Translations under genes and position numbers: made by a program
In this document: one piece after another, positions 1-10,272 of the stretch
How positions within the stretch are numbered: the first letter of the stretch is position 1
How the letters are laid out: each line of letters opens with the position of its first letter
NCBI GenBank assembly: GCA_963753975.1
Contig: CAVWEH010000001.1
Span: 256,001 to 320,000, forward strand
Origin: an uncultured delta proteobacterium
GTDB lineage: Bacteria > Desulfobacterota > Syntrophia > Syntrophales > Smithellaceae
Length of the DNA stretch: 64,000 nt
Direction: 5' to 3'
The notes under the pieces: model-generated
The model's database searches: none
What the model was told of the DNA's origin: nothing
What the model saw: the letters and a program-made list of their open reading frames with translations, nothing else

Positions 1-1
1 C

Positions 2-694
2 GTGGGCGCCGGAGCGCCTGTTTTTATGAATATCCCCGGCGAAAACTTAAGCGGCATTTATTCCGCCAATGAATATTTGACCAGGTCCAATTTAATGAAA
101 GCGTATCGCTTTCCCGAGTATGATACGCCTATTGTTCGCGGCAAACTCGTAGCGGTAATCGGCGGCGGCAATGTGGCTATGGATTCGGTGCGCACGGCGC
201 TGCGCTTAGGCGCCGAGAAAGCCATGATAATTTATCGCCGTACCGAAGTGGAAATGCCCGCGCGCAAAGAAGAAGTCCATCATGCCCGGGAAGAAGGCGT
301 GGAGTTTCTGATGCTGACAGCTCCTGTGGAATATATCGGCAATGCTGCCGGTTGGGTTACCGGTGTGAAATGCATCAAAATGGAATTGGGCGAACCGGAT
401 GCATCGGGAAGAAGACGCCCCGTGCCCGTCAACGGATCGGAATTTGTGATAGATGTTGATACCGTTGTTGTTGCTGTGGGAACAATGGCCAATCCCATAG
501 TCCCGGCGACTACACCCGGACTTGCGACGAACAGACTCGGTTATATTGTTACGAAAGATGAATCGGGGCTTACCAGCCGCGAGGGCATTTATGCCGGCGG
601 CGACATTGTCACCGGTTCGGCGACGGTAATTTTAGCGATGGGCGCCGGCCGCAAAGCGGCCAATGCGATTCATGATTATCTATCCAAAAAGTAA
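2..694 (+). CDS. NADPH-dependent glutamate synthase small-subunit-like flavoprotein (GltD/NfnB/SudA family), 5' partial
   Basis: VIGGGNVAMD NADPH-binding motif, YRR..EMPA, and YAGGDIVTGSATVILAMGAG at the C-terminus; the ORF runs off the window start. Confidence 0.9.
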   Translation: MGAGAPVFMNIPGENLSGIYSANEYLTRSNLMKAYRFPEYDTPIVRGKLVAVIGGGNVAMDSVRTALRLGAEKAMIIYRRTEVEMPARKEEVHHAREEGVEFLMLTAPVEYIGNAAGWVTGVKCIKMELGEPDASGRRRPVPVNGSEFVIDVDTVVVAVGTMANPIVPATTPGLATNRLGYIVTKDESGLTSREGIYAGGDIVTGSATVILAMGAGRKAANAIHDYLSKK

Positions 695-834
695 AGTGTC
701 TTGCATCTCCGAGTGTGCGGAGATCTAGAAAACAATGTATCCCAGCGTGACCATTACTTTGTCGTTGCGCGATGTCTCTCCGGCAGAGTTTGCCAAGCAT
801 ATGCCGGGTGGCAATTTTATTCTCCCATAAACTG

Positions 835-1470
835 TTATTGGATAAAGAACTTATACGTCTGATAGAGAAAATAAAAACCAAATCCGACAAGAAATATTCC
901 GGCGATCAGAGAAATGTACCCGGTTATTTTTTCATTGATGATTTTTTTGCCCCAATGCAGAGCAATGGTAAAAGAAACCACCCAGAGAAAACAACCCAGC
1001 AAAATAGAAAGACACGATAAGAAGGCGGATAAGTTTGTTTGCGCATGAGTTTGTGAGGCCAGTAGTGCTCCAAAAACTCCGGTCCACCAGACAATCGTCA
1101 TCGGAGACGAAATAGCCAGAACATAGCCGGTAACAAAGGAATTATTGAACAGCCGTCGCGGCTGATTTTCCGCAATAGCAGCTTTATGGAAAAACTCTCT
1201 GGCGCTGATTAACCCGAGATAAATCAAAATAACGCTTCCGGCGCTGCCTAAAATAATTTTCATTAAAGTGATATGTAAAAAAGAAGTAAGGCCGAAAAAG
1301 ATCAGAGTCAAATAAGTTGTATCGGCACTCATAGCGCCGGCACCGGTAAGAAACGCCTCTCGGAAGCCGTAATTTAAACCACGTTTGATTATTTCCAGAT
1401 TCACCGGCCCAATCGGCGCGGCAAGGGAGAGACCTAAGATTATATTTTGCAGTAAGGAATATTTTTCCAA
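835..1470 (-). CDS. LysE/RhtB family amino-acid exporter
   Basis: LGLSLAAPIGPVN N-terminal motif, about 6 hydrophobic segments, 211 aa. Confidence 0.85.
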   Translation of the reverse strand: MEKYSLLQNIILGLSLAAPIGPVNLEIIKRGLNYGFREAFLTGAGAMSADTTYLTLIFFGLTSFLHITLMKIILGSAGSVILIYLGLISAREFFHKAAIAENQPRRLFNNSFVTGYVLAISSPMTIVWWTGVFGALLASQTHAQTNLSAFLSCLSILLGCFLWVVSFTIALHWGKKIINEKITGYISLIAGIFLVGFGFYFLYQTYKFFIQ

Positions 1471-1738
1471 GTCAAACCCTTCCCTCTGAACCGGGGCAAT
1501 TTTTTATTGCATATACATTACCATGTAATCTTGCATAATTTTTTTTATTTGTCAGCATAAACAGAAACAGTTGCGATTAATTGTAGTAAAAGAAGTGACC
1601 TTTAAACCCATGGCTTGTAAAAACATCTTTCTGGAAGCAGGATACCTCATCTAAATATTTTTAATGAACTTGTCTATTGTTTAATGATAGAATCAATAAA
1701 TAAAATTATTCATATTAAACTTATCGGGCGATATAGCT

Positions 1739-2584
1739 ATGGGAAAGCCGTATTACTTATTTAAGTACAACTACATTAAAGGCGACGAATTTACAACCAT
1801 CGCCCACCGCGGCGCTTCCGCTTATTATCCGGAAAACACCCTGAAATCATTTCAGGGCGCAATCTCGATGGGCGCCGATATGATCGAGTTCGATGTTCAA
1901 CTGACCAGAGACGGAGAAGTGGTAGTATTTCATGACGAAAAACTCGCGCGTTGTACAAACGGCAAAGGCCGGATTGCCGATTACCCCCTTGCCCAGCTAA
2001 AAAAACTGGATGTCGGAAGCTGGTTTGGTAAGGAATATCAAGGTGCAAAGATACCTATTTTGGAGGAAGTTTTAAGCCTTTGTCGGGATAAAGTTGCGGT
2101 CAATATTGAAATTAAAACCGAAGCAGTTAGCGAAAATATACGCAATGGCATTGAAGAAAAGAGCCTGAACATTGTGGAGACTAGAGGAATGCGGGAACAC
2201 GTAGTGTTTTCGAGCTTTGATCCACGGGCCATTACACATCTCAAGGAAATAGATCGCACTATAGCTGCAGCCGTGTTATTTGAAAAAGAGTATTATGGCT
2301 CAAAGCTGCCTTCGGAGATAATTGAATTACTCGGAGCCGATGCCTTCAACTGTTTCAAAAATGAGCTCAGCAAGAAATGGCTTATAAATCTTAAAGCGAA
2401 TAATATTCCTGTAAATATTTATACCGTAAATGATAGAAAGAACATGCATCGTTTTATCGAGTTGGGCGTCAGCGGAATATTTACCAATAAACCGGACATA
2501 TTAAAGGCGGTATTAGCGGATATAAAAGAAACTCAAAAAAAGACGAAGGTAAAAACTGATGACTATATCAAACACTCTGATTAG
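1739..2584 (+). CDS. Glycerophosphodiester phosphodiesterase (GDPD/UgpQ family)
   Basis: IAHRGAS..PENT, IEFDVQLTRDG..VVFHD, NIEIK, YTVN, GIFTNKP. Confidence 0.92.
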   Translation: MGKPYYLFKYNYIKGDEFTTIAHRGASAYYPENTLKSFQGAISMGADMIEFDVQLTRDGEVVVFHDEKLARCTNGKGRIADYPLAQLKKLDVGSWFGKEYQGAKIPILEEVLSLCRDKVAVNIEIKTEAVSENIRNGIEEKSLNIVETRGMREHVVFSSFDPRAITHLKEIDRTIAAAVLFEKEYYGSKLPSEIIELLGADAFNCFKNELSKKWLINLKANNIPVNIYTVNDRKNMHRFIELGVSGIFTNKPDILKAVLADIKETQKKTKVKTDDYIKHSD

Positions 2585-4733
2585 AACCATTGAGGTTACA
2601 TTGGATGCCTTGACTAAGGCATCGGGTACGGACATACGCATCCATGGAACAAGCAATGTTCCCGACGAGCCCGTCCTTTATGTCATCAATCACTTTACGC
2701 GCCTGGAGACTATTTTAATGCCCTATATAATCAAAAAGAGCATCAAAAAGTATCCAATTTCCTTGGCGGCCAGTGAGTTTTTTGGCGGGAGAATGGGCGA
2801 GCTCATGGACAAATTGGGTGCGATTTCCACCGCGAATCCGGAGAGAGACACACTTTTGATCAACGCACTTCTTACCGGTTCTAACCCGGTCATTATTTAT
2901 CCCGAAGGGCAGATGATCAAGGACAAAAAGATTATCGAGAAAGGCAAATACATGGTTTACAACACCGGCATCAGAAGGCCGCCGCACACGGGCGCGGCGC
3001 GTATCGCCCTGCGCTCTCAGTTCATTCGCGAAGAATTACGCTTCCTACGCGACCGAGGCGATGATTCGTCCATTATTCAAATCGCGAAACATTTTGGTTT
3101 TGATCCTGTGGCTTTAGACCAAATTTTGAAGCAGGAAACATATATTGTGCCGGTAAATATTACCTATTATCCGATCCGGGCGAGGAATAACGCCATCAAC
3201 AAGCTTGTCAATATATTTGTCGATAAGGTTTCAACGCGGTTTGAAGAAGAGATGCAGGTCGAGGGCTCCATGATTATAGACGGCGTGGACATCGATATTA
3301 ACTTCGGCCAGCCGATGTCAATGAAAAAGTATATCACGGCGAGTGTGGGAGTGAAAAAGATGCTGGCCGATAATAATCTTTATTTGCACCCCGGAGAATT
3401 GAAATATGTTTCTCCATTTAAAAAACTCTATATCGAAATTATGTATGATTATATGAAGGCCATATACTCCATGACGACGGTCAATCATGATCATCTTTTT
3501 TCTTATATCTTGACTAAATACAGTAGAAGCAAAATTAGTGAGAACGATTTTAAAAACCGCGTTTTTCTGGCCATCGAACATTTGCGCGCCAGCGGTTTAA
3601 CGAACTACCATACGTCTCTGAATAAGAAGCAGTTCTATCTTCTCACGGATGATTATCATGAAGAATACGAAAGTTTTATAAAGGCGGCCGTCGCCGACAA
3701 TCTCATTATTATGAAAAACAGAATGATTATCAAGAACAGGAAATGTTTCAGCAAAAAATATGATTTTCAGACTATCCGGAAGGATAATATTATCGAGGTT
3801 CTCAAAAACGAGATAGAGCCTCTCCAAGAGTTTACCAAAGCCTTGGATAGTCTAATGTTCCTGCCCGCTGCTTTTATCCGAAAGAAGATAAGGGATCACT
3901 TTATCGAGTTGGAAGCTCAGCTTTTCGAACAAGATTATGAGCAGTATTATATAAAAGGTGAAAGCAAGCCCAAAAATATCGGAGCGCCTTTTTTTATGAA
4001 GCGTTTCTTCAGTAAGAAAGGAACGATTCTGGTTCACGGATATATGGCGGCTCCGGAAGAAATTAGGCCGCTGGCGGATTATCTCTATAAAAAGGGCTAC
4101 AACGTATACGGCGCGCGTCTGCGTGGGCATGGTACGGCCCCGGAAGATTTGGCGGGCCGCAGCTGGCAAAAGTGGTATGATTCCGTAAGCAGGGCATATA
4201 TCATCATGAAAAATTCCCTGAAATCTTTTGCCATTGGCGGCTTTTCCACAGGTGCGGGAATAGCTTTATTACAGGCTTCAAATAAGCCCGGCAGGTTTGT
4301 GGGAGTAATATCTATTAACGCGCCTTTAAAACTGCAAAATATCTCCTCCAGGTTTTCATCTGTGGTTGTCGTCTGGAATAAATTTCTTTCGAAAATCAAC
4401 ACCAGCAAAGGGAAAATGGAATTCATCGCCAATGACCCGGAAAATCCAGATATAAATTACCTGCGTAATCCTGTCAGCGGCGTCAATGAACTGGAGAAGC
4501 TCATGAATTTCGTTGAAGAGAGACTTGAATACATCAAAGACCCAACTCTGGTCATACAGGGTTCGGAAGATCCGGTAGTGAATCCGGTAAGCGGGCGCGA
4601 AATTTTGGAAAAGCTGAGAACCAAGAAGAAGGAGCTTATCCGAATCGAGGCCAAACACCACGGGATATTGAGGGGAAAAGAAGCGGATCAGGTAAACGTG
4701 ACAGTATTGAAGTTCTTAAGGAGCGTTTTTTAA
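2559..4733 (+). CDS. Fusion of PlsC-like acyltransferase and alpha/beta-hydrolase (esterase/lipase)
   Basis: N-terminal NHFTRLE and IYPEG acyltransferase blocks; C-terminal LVHG, RLRGHGT, GFSTG nucleophile, QGSEDPVV and His. Confidence 0.8.
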   Translation: MTISNTLIRTIEVTLDALTKASGTDIRIHGTSNVPDEPVLYVINHFTRLETILMPYIIKKSIKKYPISLAASEFFGGRMGELMDKLGAISTANPERDTLLINALLTGSNPVIIYPEGQMIKDKKIIEKGKYMVYNTGIRRPPHTGAARIALRSQFIREELRFLRDRGDDSSIIQIAKHFGFDPVALDQILKQETYIVPVNITYYPIRARNNAINKLVNIFVDKVSTRFEEEMQVEGSMIIDGVDIDINFGQPMSMKKYITASVGVKKMLADNNLYLHPGELKYVSPFKKLYIEIMYDYMKAIYSMTTVNHDHLFSYILTKYSRSKISENDFKNRVFLAIEHLRASGLTNYHTSLNKKQFYLLTDDYHEEYESFIKAAVADNLIIMKNRMIIKNRKCFSKKYDFQTIRKDNIIEVLKNEIEPLQEFTKALDSLMFLPAAFIRKKIRDHFIELEAQLFEQDYEQYYIKGESKPKNIGAPFFMKRFFSKKGTILVHGYMAAPEEIRPLADYLYKKGYNVYGARLRGHGTAPEDLAGRSWQKWYDSVSRAYIIMKNSLKSFAIGGFSTGAGIALLQASNKPGRFVGVISINAPLKLQNISSRFSSVVVVWNKFLSKINTSKGKMEFIANDPENPDINYLRNPVSGVNELEKLMNFVEERLEYIKDPTLVIQGSEDPVVNPVSGREILEKLRTKKKELIRIEAKHHGILRGKEADQVNVTVLKFLRSVF

Positions 4734-4793
4734 ATTCCGATGGTAATACTTCTTTCCGTGGTCTAAGCGATATAGAGTTAGATTAAAATATCA

Positions 4794-7700
4794 TCAAGCG
4801 GCCAGATTGTAATTCTTCTCGCGGAAAAGCCGCATACAGGCATCGACAAGATCAGGATCATAGAGGATACCCTTGTTTTTAGTGATCTCATCCAATGCTA
4901 CTTCAATCCCGTGGGCAGCTCGGTAGGGCCGGTGGGAAGAGATGGCTTCCACTACATCGGCTATGGCCAAAATACGGGATTCCAGGAGGATTTGCTCTCC
5001 CGTCAGGCCGTTCGGGTAGCCGGAGCCGTTTATACGTTCGTGATGCTCCAGAACAATCCGGGCAATGGGCCAGGGAAACTCGATGTCTTTGAGGATATTA
5101 TATCCGGATACCGGGTGGGTTTTAATTAAATTGAATTCCAGGGTAGTAAGTTGAGTGGGCTTGGTGAGAATCTCGGAAGGAATGGATATTTTGCCGATAT
5201 CATGAATCATGCTGGCCATGCGCACACTGTCAATTTGCTCGCTTTTCAGATTCATCTCCGTGGCGATGGCGCGTGCCAGATCAGCCACTCTTCGTTGATG
5301 GCCTGCCGTGTAAGGATCTCTCGTTTCCACGGTTACGGCCATGGCATTAATCGTGGCGCCCAAGGATTTTCTTAAGCGCTCGATGTTTTCGCGGCGCTCG
5401 TCTTCTATTTTCTTTTTTTCTGTAATGTCCTGATTAATTCCCTGATAATAGAGCAAGCGTCCCTGGTCATCCCGGACGGCACGCATGTTGATGGATACCC
5501 AGATGCGACTACCGTCTTTTTTATAATATTCTGTTTCAAAATCCGTAACCGACCCTTTCTCATTCACCAATTCGAGCAATTTCCTGCGGTCGTCCGGATG
5601 GACATAAATCTGTTGGGCAATGTCGGTAATAGTTGCCATGACTTCTTCGGGGGAAGCATAGCCGAGCATACGGGCGAGTGCCGGGTTTAAGGTAAGGTAT
5701 CCGACGGCTGATTGGTAGATACCTTCCTGAGCGTTTTCGATAAGGCTCCGGTATTTTTCTTCACTCTTGCTTAATGCCTCCTCCGCCCGCTTGCGTTCGG
5801 TGATATCCCGAGAAATACCCCGAAATCCGATCGGTTTACCTTCGGCATCCCTGATAAGAGATACTGAAACTTCGTTAAAACCTTTCATTCCGTTTTTTTT
5901 GATAATTTCAACATCCAATGCCTTAACCGGTTCACTTGTTCTGTAGACTTGGCTGAAGAGTTGATACATTCCTTGAGCAGCTGTTTCATCCTGATAACGC
6001 CGGTTGTTCATCCCGATCAATTCCTCTCTGGGATATCCTATATTTCTGCACTCGGCGTCATTAATGAAGGTAAAATTACCGGCAAGGTCAAGTTCAAAAT
6101 AGCCCTCCTGCATATTCTCCAGAATATTCCTATATTTCTCCTCGCTCTCGCGCATTTTTTCCTCGGCCTGCTTGCGCTCGGTGATATCACGAACATTCAT
6201 GATAAAACCTGCAACGGCTGGATTATCTAAGAGATTTTTCCCCAACCCCTCGAAATAGTGTTCTGAACCGTCTTTGTGCACTATGAGAAATGCATTGGGG
6301 ATCGCGGAATCTGTTGTCAGAATAGCCTTGCCGAAATCAGCGACGGCGCGTTTTTTATCATCCGGATGAATAAGTGTGAGCGCATTTCTGCCGATCAGTT
6401 CCTCGGGCTTGTATCCGGTAAAACGCTCGATAGAACGACTGCAATATTTTATGTCGCCGTTTTTATCCGTAATGACAATAATATCTGAAGAGTTTTCTGT
6501 AATCTCCTTAAAGTAATTTTCGCTCTCCCGCAGCGCCTCCTCGGCCTGCCCGCGTTCGGTGATGTCCCGGATGATTCCTCTAAACCCTATCAGTTTACCA
6601 GAAGAGTCTTTACGTAACGATATAGATGTCTCAATGTATCTTTTGGCCCCATCTTTTCTTATAATCTGCCAATCGAATGCTTTGGCGGGCTCCCCTGTTC
6701 TATAAACTTCATTAAAGGTTTTAAAAAGTTTTTTTGCGGTCTCTTCGTCTGTAAACTGACGGTTATTCATGCCCATCATTTCTTCCTGGGAATACCCAAG
6801 GATTCGGCACATGGAATTGTTGAAAAAGGTGAAATTACCATTAAGATCTACTTCGTAATAACCGTCTTCGATATTTCCCAGAATATTTCGGTATTTCTCC
6901 TCACTTTTACGCAGATCGTCGAGCGCAGCCTCCCTTTGTGACTCCGCCTGTTTGCGCTCGGTGATATCCTGAGCGAAACCGATGAGGCCGATGGGCATGC
7001 CGTCTTTATCAAGAATCGGGACCTTGTCTGTATGTACCCACCGTGTGCCGCTTGCGGATTCATATTGCTCCGTTATGTTAAGTTTAGGCTGTCGCGATTG
7101 AAAAACTTCCCGGTCATCGTCGGTCATGCTCTGAGCAGTCCACTTCGAATAAAAGTCGAATACTGTTTTTCCCGCGAAATTTTCTTCGGGTATGTTCAGC
7201 ACTTTGGCAAAGGTTCTATTGACGCGTATAAATCTTCCTTTTCTATCTTTATAAAAAACTATGATCGGCGAAGAATCGATGATGAGTTTCAGTTCCTCCC
7301 GTTCTTTTTCCAGAATGTCTTCTAATTTCTTCCGGTCGGTGACGTCATGGTAGATGATCTGAAACTGTTTTGCGCCGTTCCAAACGACTTCCTTGCGGAA
7401 AACCTGAACATTACGGATTTCACCGTTTTTCTTCACGATATTTATATCATATTCAGGCGAGCCAAACTCGCTCCGTTCTCTTTTTTTCTTTCTTATCCGG
7501 AATTCGGCATAACTCTCCGGAGTGTAACGCTCCTTTAGGGGTGTTTTTCTCAACTCTTCGATGCTTTCGTAGCCATACATATCCAGAGCCGCCTGGTTGG
7601 CATAAAGTGTCTCGCCTTCCGCCGTCACAACACAGACTCCCAGAGGGGAATCATCCAGAGAGCGGCGGAAATTTTCTTCGCTCTCCCTGAGCGCCTCTTC

Positions 7701-8972
7701 CGCTCGCACGCGTTCGGTAATATCTCTGGCCACACAGGAGATACCGATAATTTTACCCTCCTGAACAATGGGTGACCCGGTAACTTCGCCTGTTCTCGTC
7801 AATCCCTCCTTCGTTATAAAATTGTAAACCACGTTTGGAACATCCGCTCCTGAAAGAACTCGCCCCACATTAAGGATTGCTCTCTCCAGCGATTCCGGCG
7901 TCATAAGATTCAAATCCGGGAAGGGTTTGTTGATTAATTCTTCCGGTTTGTAGCCCAATATTTTCTCAACACTGGGAGTGATATTGGAAATTTTTAATTC
8001 AGAATCCACCGTAAGGATAATGTCAGAGGTACTCGCAAAAGTAAGCCGGTATTTTTTCTCGCTTTGCCGCAATTCTTCCTCCGCCCTCTTGCGCGCAGTG
8101 ATATCGCGCGTCATCCCTCTAAAACCAATTTTTCTCCCCGCAGAATTTTTAAGCAATAATATAGAGGCGGAAACATAGGCTTTAGCTCCATTTTTCTTAA
8201 TAATCTCATAATCATATCCTTTAACGGGCTTTTCCGTTCTATAGACTTCATTAAATACTCGATACATTTTTTCTGCGGTTTCTTTAGTTGTATACTGCCT
8301 GTTGTTCATGCCTATCGATTCTTCCCGGGAATATCCGGATATTCGGCAGATGGAATCAGTGATAAAAGTTAAGTTACCGGTAAGATCAGACTCATAATAA
8401 GCCTCCTCGATGTTGTCCAAAATGGTTCGATATTTTTCCTCGCTCTCACGCAACATTTCTTCTGCCTGCTTGCGCTCCGTTATATCATCATATATGGCTA
8501 CAATTTCACCGGTAGGCAGCTTATAAACGTAATTTTCCTTCCAGCCCTGAATACGGGTATCTTTATAAAAAGCAGTAGGGTGATATTCCGGCTTTCCGGT
8601 TTTCCATACCCGTTGAAACACTTTGAATAATCCTAGATCCTTTACGCCCGGAAATACTTTAAGCACCGATTTACCGATAATTGTTTTTCTATCAATTTGC
8701 TCCACTTTTTCGGCTGATTTATTAAAATCTTTGAAAACAAAATCTTTTCCGTTTGCGCTTGCCGTATAAATGGCCACGCAACTGCTCATATTTTCAAACA
8801 GCTGCTTGAAGCTTTGTTCGTCCTCAAAGAAAGCTCTATGGGTTTTTCGTGCCTGTAGAGAATTTGGGCTTTTTTTGATTATATTTTTAGGTTTTTTAGT
8901 TGCTTTAAATTGTTTTCGCAGTGCGCTCGTCTTCTTCATAAGTTTTTGTTTGGAATGGGCTTTTGCTTTCAC
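4794..8972 (-). CDS. Multi-PAS (9 PAS/PAC) HD-GYP cyclic-dinucleotide phosphodiesterase
   Basis: Nine DITERK-type PAC ends; C-terminal RDPYTAGH, HDIGK, HHERINGSGYP. Start moved to GTG 8972, which follows a GGAGG RBS. Confidence 0.9.
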   Translation of the reverse strand: MKAKAHSKQKLMKKTSALRKQFKATKKPKNIIKKSPNSLQARKTHRAFFEDEQSFKQLFENMSSCVAIYTASANGKDFVFKDFNKSAEKVEQIDRKTIIGKSVLKVFPGVKDLGLFKVFQRVWKTGKPEYHPTAFYKDTRIQGWKENYVYKLPTGEIVAIYDDITERKQAEEMLRESEEKYRTILDNIEEAYYESDLTGNLTFITDSICRISGYSREESIGMNNRQYTTKETAEKMYRVFNEVYRTEKPVKGYDYEIIKKNGAKAYVSASILLLKNSAGRKIGFRGMTRDITARKRAEEELRQSEKKYRLTFASTSDIILTVDSELKISNITPSVEKILGYKPEELINKPFPDLNLMTPESLERAILNVGRVLSGADVPNVVYNFITKEGLTRTGEVTGSPIVQEGKIIGISCVARDITERVRAEEALRESEENFRRSLDDSPLGVCVVTAEGETLYANQAALDMYGYESIEELRKTPLKERYTPESYAEFRIRKKKRERSEFGSPEYDINIVKKNGEIRNVQVFRKEVVWNGAKQFQIIYHDVTDRKKLEDILEKEREELKLIIDSSPIIVFYKDRKGRFIRVNRTFAKVLNIPEENFAGKTVFDFYSKWTAQSMTDDDREVFQSRQPKLNITEQYESASGTRWVHTDKVPILDKDGMPIGLIGFAQDITERKQAESQREAALDDLRKSEEKYRNILGNIEDGYYEVDLNGNFTFFNNSMCRILGYSQEEMMGMNNRQFTDEETAKKLFKTFNEVYRTGEPAKAFDWQIIRKDGAKRYIETSISLRKDSSGKLIGFRGIIRDITERGQAEEALRESENYFKEITENSSDIIVITDKNGDIKYCSRSIERFTGYKPEELIGRNALTLIHPDDKKRAVADFGKAILTTDSAIPNAFLIVHKDGSEHYFEGLGKNLLDNPAVAGFIMNVRDITERKQAEEKMRESEEKYRNILENMQEGYFELDLAGNFTFINDAECRNIGYPREELIGMNNRRYQDETAAQGMYQLFSQVYRTSEPVKALDVEIIKKNGMKGFNEVSVSLIRDAEGKPIGFRGISRDITERKRAEEALSKSEEKYRSLIENAQEGIYQSAVGYLTLNPALARMLGYASPEEVMATITDIAQQIYVHPDDRRKLLELVNEKGSVTDFETEYYKKDGSRIWVSINMRAVRDDQGRLLYYQGINQDITEKKKIEDERRENIERLRKSLGATINAMAVTVETRDPYTAGHQRRVADLARAIATEMNLKSEQIDSVRMASMIHDIGKISIPSEILTKPTQLTTLEFNLIKTHPVSGYNILKDIEFPWPIARIVLEHHERINGSGYPNGLTGEQILLESRILAIADVVEAISSHRPYRAAHGIEVALDEITKNKGILYDPDLVDACMRLFREKNYNLAA

Positions 8973-9310
8973 CGTTAAGCCTCCGTAAATCACAACCATC
9001 AAAATAAAAACGTCGCCTTGATTAACGAAGACGAGGTTCCGCATGCAAACAATCTTCCCCTATGGGGAGAGCAATATCGAAAACAGTTTTAACAATATCA
9101 AAACATCAAGGTTATATTAATTTTACTCCCGAATTATTTAAAGTCAATCCTAATATTGTCAATCGTTTCAACACATTTTGCCTGATGTCAATGTTGGGAG
9201 ATGAGGGCATAATTCCCGGGCGGTGTTCATTATTAAGTCTGTGGCAATTAATTATGGAAATTCTTCTAATTATTTCATATATTCTGTAACGATCATTTAA
9301 AGAGGTTTTC

Positions 9311-10201
9311 ATGAAAGACCATCAGTTGGGCCGTCTGCGGTTTATTGGCGGTGAAAACCGCGGTAAATACCCGTTCAACCATTCGTTCTATGTTAAAGGA
9401 TCTGAGGCACGAGTCATTATCGATCCGGCCTGCAGTTGGGAAAAGCTCTCGCGCCTGCGCGATAAGGAAGGAGTCGATATGGTCTGGCTTTCCCACTGGC
9501 ATGAAGATCATTTTCATTATGTATATCTTTTTGAGGGGTTACCTTTGTGGATTTCCGGGCGGGATTTTCCGCCGCTGACGGACATCGAGATTTTTCTGGA
9601 TTGGTATGGCGTTTCCGATGGACGCAGCCGCGCTTACTGGAAAAAGGTAATGAGAGATGAATTCAATTTTCAGCCTAAGTCTCAAGCGCGCTTTATCGGG
9701 GATGACGAAAAGATTGATCTGGGGCAAGTAAGGGTTCAGGTAATTGCCACGCCGGGACATAGCCCCGGGCACCTGTCTTTCTTTTTCCCCGAAGAAGAGC
9801 TTCTTTTTTTGGGGGATTATGATTTAACGTCATTTGGCCCCTGGTATGGCGATGTTGCCTCCAGTATTGATGAAACCATCAAATCAATCCGGCGGCTCAA
9901 AGAAATTCCCGCCAAAACGTGGATTGCCTGTCATGAAGACGGTTTGTTTGAAGAAAATCCGGGAAAGCTCTGGGATAATTACGAAAACATTATCTACGAA
10001 CGGGAAAGGAAGATTCTGGAGTTTTTAAAAAACCCACATACATTCAAAGAAATTGCAGCCGCGTGGCTGATTTATGGCAAGCCTCGAAAGCCGCTGGAAT
10101 TTTTTGAATTTAATGAACGAGTCCTCGTGAATAAACATCTGGAGCGTTTGGAGAGGCAAGAACAAATTATCCGCGATAAGGATCAATACCGGAAAGTGTA
10201 A
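9311..10201 (+). CDS. Metallo-beta-lactamase fold hydrolase
   Basis: SHWHEDH motif, TPGHSPGH, LGD, late His. Confidence 0.85.
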   Translation: MKDHQLGRLRFIGGENRGKYPFNHSFYVKGSEARVIIDPACSWEKLSRLRDKEGVDMVWLSHWHEDHFHYVYLFEGLPLWISGRDFPPLTDIEIFLDWYGVSDGRSRAYWKKVMRDEFNFQPKSQARFIGDDEKIDLGQVRVQVIATPGHSPGHLSFFFPEEELLFLGDYDLTSFGPWYGDVASSIDETIKSIRRLKEIPAKTWIACHEDGLFEENPGKLWDNYENIIYERERKILEFLKNPHTFKEIAAAWLIYGKPRKPLEFFEFNERVLVNKHLERLERQEQIIRDKDQYRKV

Positions 10202-10272
10202 ATTTCATTTGACTTGAAAAAATATCGGCCGGGTTGTAAAAACTCTATAGATAATAGCCGGAGGAATTATAA

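Noticed and set aside
5750..8480. Diversity-generating retroelement template/variable repeats among PAS copies
   Set aside because: The repeats are in-frame domain paralogues, and no reverse transcriptase is present.
8995..9100. c-di-GMP (GEMM) riboswitch before the HD-GYP gene
   Set aside because: The GGCAAA/GAAA/GACGCAAAG-type consensus elements were not found.
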